A stretch of DNA of 64,000 nt, from contig CAZJHS010000002.1 of NCBI GenBank assembly GCA_964545895.1, positions 28,735-92,734 of the forward strand, written 5' to 3'. Under the pieces are notes generated by a model. It ran no database searches. It saw nothing but the letters and a program-made list of their open reading frames with translations, and was not told the origin of the DNA. Positions 63,101-64,000 of the stretch are shown here, in pieces (position 1 is the first letter of the stretch; every line of letters starts with the position of its first letter). The position numbers and the translations under genes are program-made. Source of the DNA: an uncultured Chitinophaga sp. Its GTDB lineage: Bacteria; Bacteroidota; Bacteroidia; UKL13-3.

Positions 63101-64000
63101 CTGCCGTTGTTGTAGGCATATAAACCTGCACCTCTGTCGTTAGTGGCTAAGCCACCCAGAAAAGTGCTGTTGCTGTTGGCATTGCCTTTGGTAAGGGTAA
63201 AGCCATCAATAACTACAGCTGCTGTGGCATTGGCTACTACTATTACGTGGTAACTGTTATCGGTGCTATCATTGGCTGTGCCAATATCGCCACTTAAAAT
63301 GGTAAGTCCATTGCTGCCTTCTACCACACCACCAATGCCTTGGTAAGTAGCGGCAGGGCGTTGGTTTATGGCGGTTTCTGTTCCTACAAAGCCACCATAT
63401 AGTTTTACGTTGTTGGGTACATTAAAGTAAAGGGTTCTGTCTGTTCCATTTGTGGGTTTGTATGTGCCTTGGGCTACCCATATTTCTGCATTGGCAGCAA
63501 AGCAAGTAGTGTTTAAGGCACTTTGTAAATCAGTATAAGCATCATTCCAACTGGTGCCATTGTTTGCCCCTGTGGCGTTGGCTTTTACGTATAATCTAGT
63601 TGCACCTATGTTTTCATAAGCACCCATATCGGTGGTGGTGCAAATGGTTCTTGCAGCACCTATAATATCTGTACTACTAACACCTGTGTTAGTACCTGTA
63701 TTAATGCTTGGGCTGCCTGTTTGCAATGCCAAACCATCATCGGCTGTGCCATAAATATTATCAGCACCATCAGGGTCGGTGGGGTTTACAAAATTGGGGT
63801 TGCTGTTAATATTACCTGTGCCTGCTGTGGTTTGCTGTATGTTGCTGTAGGTAATGTTTGGGGTTACACCATCAAACAGGGTTTGGCTGCCCGCGTTATC
63901 CCAAATAATAGCATTGTTGATATTAAATGTACCCACACTTCCCCAAGAAGTAAGTTTTCCAAATGCACTTGCTGTATTTTGAACAAATGTAGAATTGTTT
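57193..64000 (-). CDS. Giant T9SS-secreted beta-helix adhesin-like protein; 5' end lies beyond the window
   Basis: The reading frame stays open to base 64000, so the track Met at 63936 is internal. It has repeated modules (RLYV-x-ANATG-x-NNGTSW...TDLQSALNTTCFAANAEIWVA-x-GTYKP) followed by Asn/Gly/Ser-rich beta-helix repeats. The C-terminal T9SS CTD is ALMPNPASNNVQIHI...GVYMVQVLTTQGTQHIKLIKQ. Confidence 0.85.
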   Translation of the reverse strand, partial: NNSTFVQNTASAFGKLTSWGSVGTFNINNAIIWDNAGSQTLFDGVTPNITYSNIQQTTAGTGNINSNPNFVNPTDPDGADNIYGTADDGLALQTGSPSINTGTNTGVSSTDIIGAARTICTTTDMGAYENIGATRLYVKANATGANNGTSWNDAYTDLQSALNTTCFAANAEIWVAQGTYKPTNGTDRTLYFNVPNNVKLYGGFVGTETAINQRPAATYQGIGGVVEGSNGLTILSGDIGTANDSTDNSYHVIVVANATAAVVIDGFTLTKGNANSNSTFLGGLATNDRGAGLYAYNNGSNLTLAQLTFTQNTVTGGGAYFNSSTSPSISQCVWQQNSSVVNSGSNSSAILTLSGNLSLSQCSFIQNNASGAGTIRLFGTGSTQTFSKCLFNGNTAQSESAGINSSSSMTIQLSQSVFVNNSAVGWGGAVRFGAGTQTVDNCVFANNTASSNGGAVFTGANTSIRNSVFYGNSATLQGGAIQSNTNATISNCIIYNNTAPTGAGIHVASGTPVVEYSNVQGGFTGTGNINANPNFVNENDLDGADNIWGTADDGLQLLYNSPSRNTGNNTGVSALDITNATRVVDATVDMGAYENPTTTTVTPSVSIAITTGNNPTCSGSSITFTATPTNGGVSPTYQWTKNSVNIAAATNATYTGIAGTDFVSADVIACTMVSNSPSANPATATSNAITVTVTTPITRLYVNTNATGLNNGTSWANAFTDLQSALNTTCFAANAEIWVAAGTYKPSQNNNRNETFNIPSGVKVYGGFAGTETALNQRPSNLIGGGINATILSGDIGTPSVNTDNTHNLVRATNCAAGTVFDGFTVQDAFKNNGNYDAAGFTNKANGANHTISITNCVFKNNVADVSTLQAFGAMLVYTQTAHTTNVSISNCVFANNNGGSNGGAIYAFSSNASSTTNCTVNNTLFYNNTAEIAGAISYRLQSGTNGTMQVNNSTFVQNTASAFGKLTSWGSVGTFNINNAIIWDNAGSQTLFDGVTPNITYSNIQQTTAGTGNINSNPNFVNPTDPDGADNIYGTADDGLALQTGSPSINTGTNTGVSSTDIIGAARTICTTTDMGAYENIGATRLYVKANATGANNGTSWNDAYTDLQSALNTTCFAANAEIWVAQGTYKPTNGTDRTLYFNVPNNVKLYGGFVGTETAINQRPAATYQGIGGVVEGSNGLTILSGDIGTANDSTDNSYHVIVVANATAAVVIDGFTLTKGNANSNSTFLGGLATNDRGAGLYAYNNGSNLTLAQLTFTQNTVTGGGAYFNSSTSPSISQCVWQQNSSVVNSGSNSSAILTLSGNLSLSQCSFIQNNASGAGTIRLFGTGSTQTFSKCLFNGNTAQSESAGINSSSSMTIQLSQSVFVNNSAVGWGGAVRFGAGTQTVDNCVFANNTASSNGGAVFTGANTSIRNSVFYGNSATLQGGAIQSNTNATISNCIIYNNTAPTGAGIHVASGTPVVEYSNVQGGFTGTGNINANPNFVNENDLDGADNIWGTADDGLQLQPNSPSINSGNNTGASATDLAGNTRIQNTTIDMGAYEKGINQWTGAFSTAWETTGNWSNNVLPTNSEEAYIVPTANQPIVTTGQALNVSLASGATLTISGTLSCAGAIHNLGTIHATTGTLVLNGVSLQTLWGGVFSNNTLANLTINNAAGVLLTDTLKITDAVNPQLGTLNTANKLVLVSNLSFNGKILAIQPTADVAGNVTIQRYMIGGVVTQRGWRSMSSPISNFNYTQLVDDILVSGPGGATNGFDHNGTPSSIIHYQESTTGTRGWKDIANITATQDAGKGSMVFFRGDRTQTGSLLNFNTVPNNVTMAFYGNINKGNIATLPLSYTNTGFAVNDGWNLMGNPYPCPINYGAINKTSNVSNSFWVLNPVTGNYVNQTASENIAISQGFFVQVNDLAQSMSFEEVDKVNTSPTQYFKTVVNPFAIKMYSDSIRYDVAWLSFENTASKNYVFNQDAMKFTNNLINLSFITPDSQHVQRNVCQTLNTNSTDTFVISTQALNNGNYWLIFEETASLPATKNAFLVDLFTNNWINIKTTPSYSYTINNSTPASFGKRFLLILTDQHTSLPLSLLSFTGTKQQRNAQLNWSTASEKNSSHFVVQKSTDNVNWQNIGTVKAKGNSSITNNYSLTDFNAFTNQYLSNPNSQIPTLKSQLLTIYYRLQMVDKDNGHAYSHAIVLTDDMPQAGIALMPNPASNNVQIHINSLAQLLDVKVFDAKGAEATIALQGLQMDVSYLAAGVYMVQVLTTQGTQHIKLIKQ
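57511..57552. repeat. 14-bp tandem repeat x3 inside the adhesin gene
   Basis: TTGAGATTTGAGAG / TTGGGATTTGAGAG / TTGGGATTTGAGAG. The unit length is not a multiple of 3. It encodes LSNPNSQIPTLKSQL, about 85 codons upstream of the stop. Confidence 0.85.
59498..61147. repeat. Copy 1 of an apparently exact long direct repeat (period 2,853 bp)
   Basis: 59498-61147 matches 62351-64000. I checked several lines base by base (59501/62354, 60001/62854, 60901/63754, 61089/63942). The embedded track ORFs are identical (59607..59852 = 62460..62705; 59966..60157 = 62819..63010). Confidence 0.85.
62351..64000. repeat. Copy 2 of the long direct repeat; continues past the window edge
   Basis: As for copy 1. 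Below 59498/62351 the two copies remain alignable without gaps but carry substitutions, for example 59461-59497 versus 62314-62350. Confidence 0.85.

Noticed and set aside
59498-64000. The long repeats as a CRISPR array, IS element or composite transposon.
   Set aside because: The repeat unit is 2.85 kb of in-frame coding sequence. There are no short repeat-spacer periodicity, no terminal inverted repeats and no transposase. It is an intragenic duplication.
1-64000. A search for integrases, transposases, phage genes, restriction-modification methyltransferases or toxin-antitoxin pairs that would define a mobile island.
   Set aside because: None of the translated ORFs shows the corresponding motifs: no tyrosine-recombinase R..H..R..Y tail, no DDE or HUH blocks, and no DPPY/FxGxG methyltransferase motifs adjacent to the nuclease-like gene. 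Island status of 54.2-56.5 kb therefore rests only on base composition and the repeats.

Overview
This looks like a chromosomal segment of a low-GC Bacteroidota-type genome. Five ORFs end in T9SS-type C-terminal sorting domains, there are many lipobox lipoproteins, and a near-consensus TAnnTTTG-type promoter box is present. I saw no rRNA, CRISPR array, integrase or transposase.

Contents in order:
1. 1-4.5 kb: an ABC-transporter-dependent glycan locus (edge-truncated GT, Wzt/Wzm-like pair, GT2). It is interrupted by tRNA-Arg(CCT) and an adjacent degenerate tRNA-like copy.
2. 4.8-23 kb: mixed housekeeping and regulatory genes. These include trmB, an AMP-ligase, an OmpR-type response regulator with a TPR histidine kinase, a 1311-aa T9SS protein, and sucA.
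3. 23-44 kb: an NO/N2O-respiration and copper-supply island.
   - A Crp/Fnr regulator translationally coupled to an NnrS-like membrane protein.
   - An OprC/NosA-like TonB receptor module.
   - A clade-II nos operon (cyt c, nosZ, fused NosB-like/NosL, nosD, nosF, nosY), extended by a tryptophan-2,3-dioxygenase-family gene and a truncated globin.
   - An MbnP/MbnH-like pair.
   - A cyt c plus heme-copper-oxidase-like pair with an atypical ligand set.
4. 42-52 kb: one tightly packed minus-strand array mixing rhamnose/GT genes, an unknown 604-aa protein, nadA-nadB, the oxidase pair and queD. A perfect FNR-type palindrome and an FNR-like regulator sit at its head.
5. 54-57 kb: a markedly AT-richer orphan gene with a PD-(D/E)xK-type motif. 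Next to it is a 725-nt gene-free region carrying two homologous RNA-like modules and long inverted repeats. This is my best candidate for something undescribed.
6. 57-64 kb: a giant T9SS beta-helix adhesin, open at the window edge. It contains an apparently exact duplication with a 2,853-bp period and a 14-bp x3 frame-breaking tandem repeat.

All calls rest on reading the sequence and the translations. No database search was possible.
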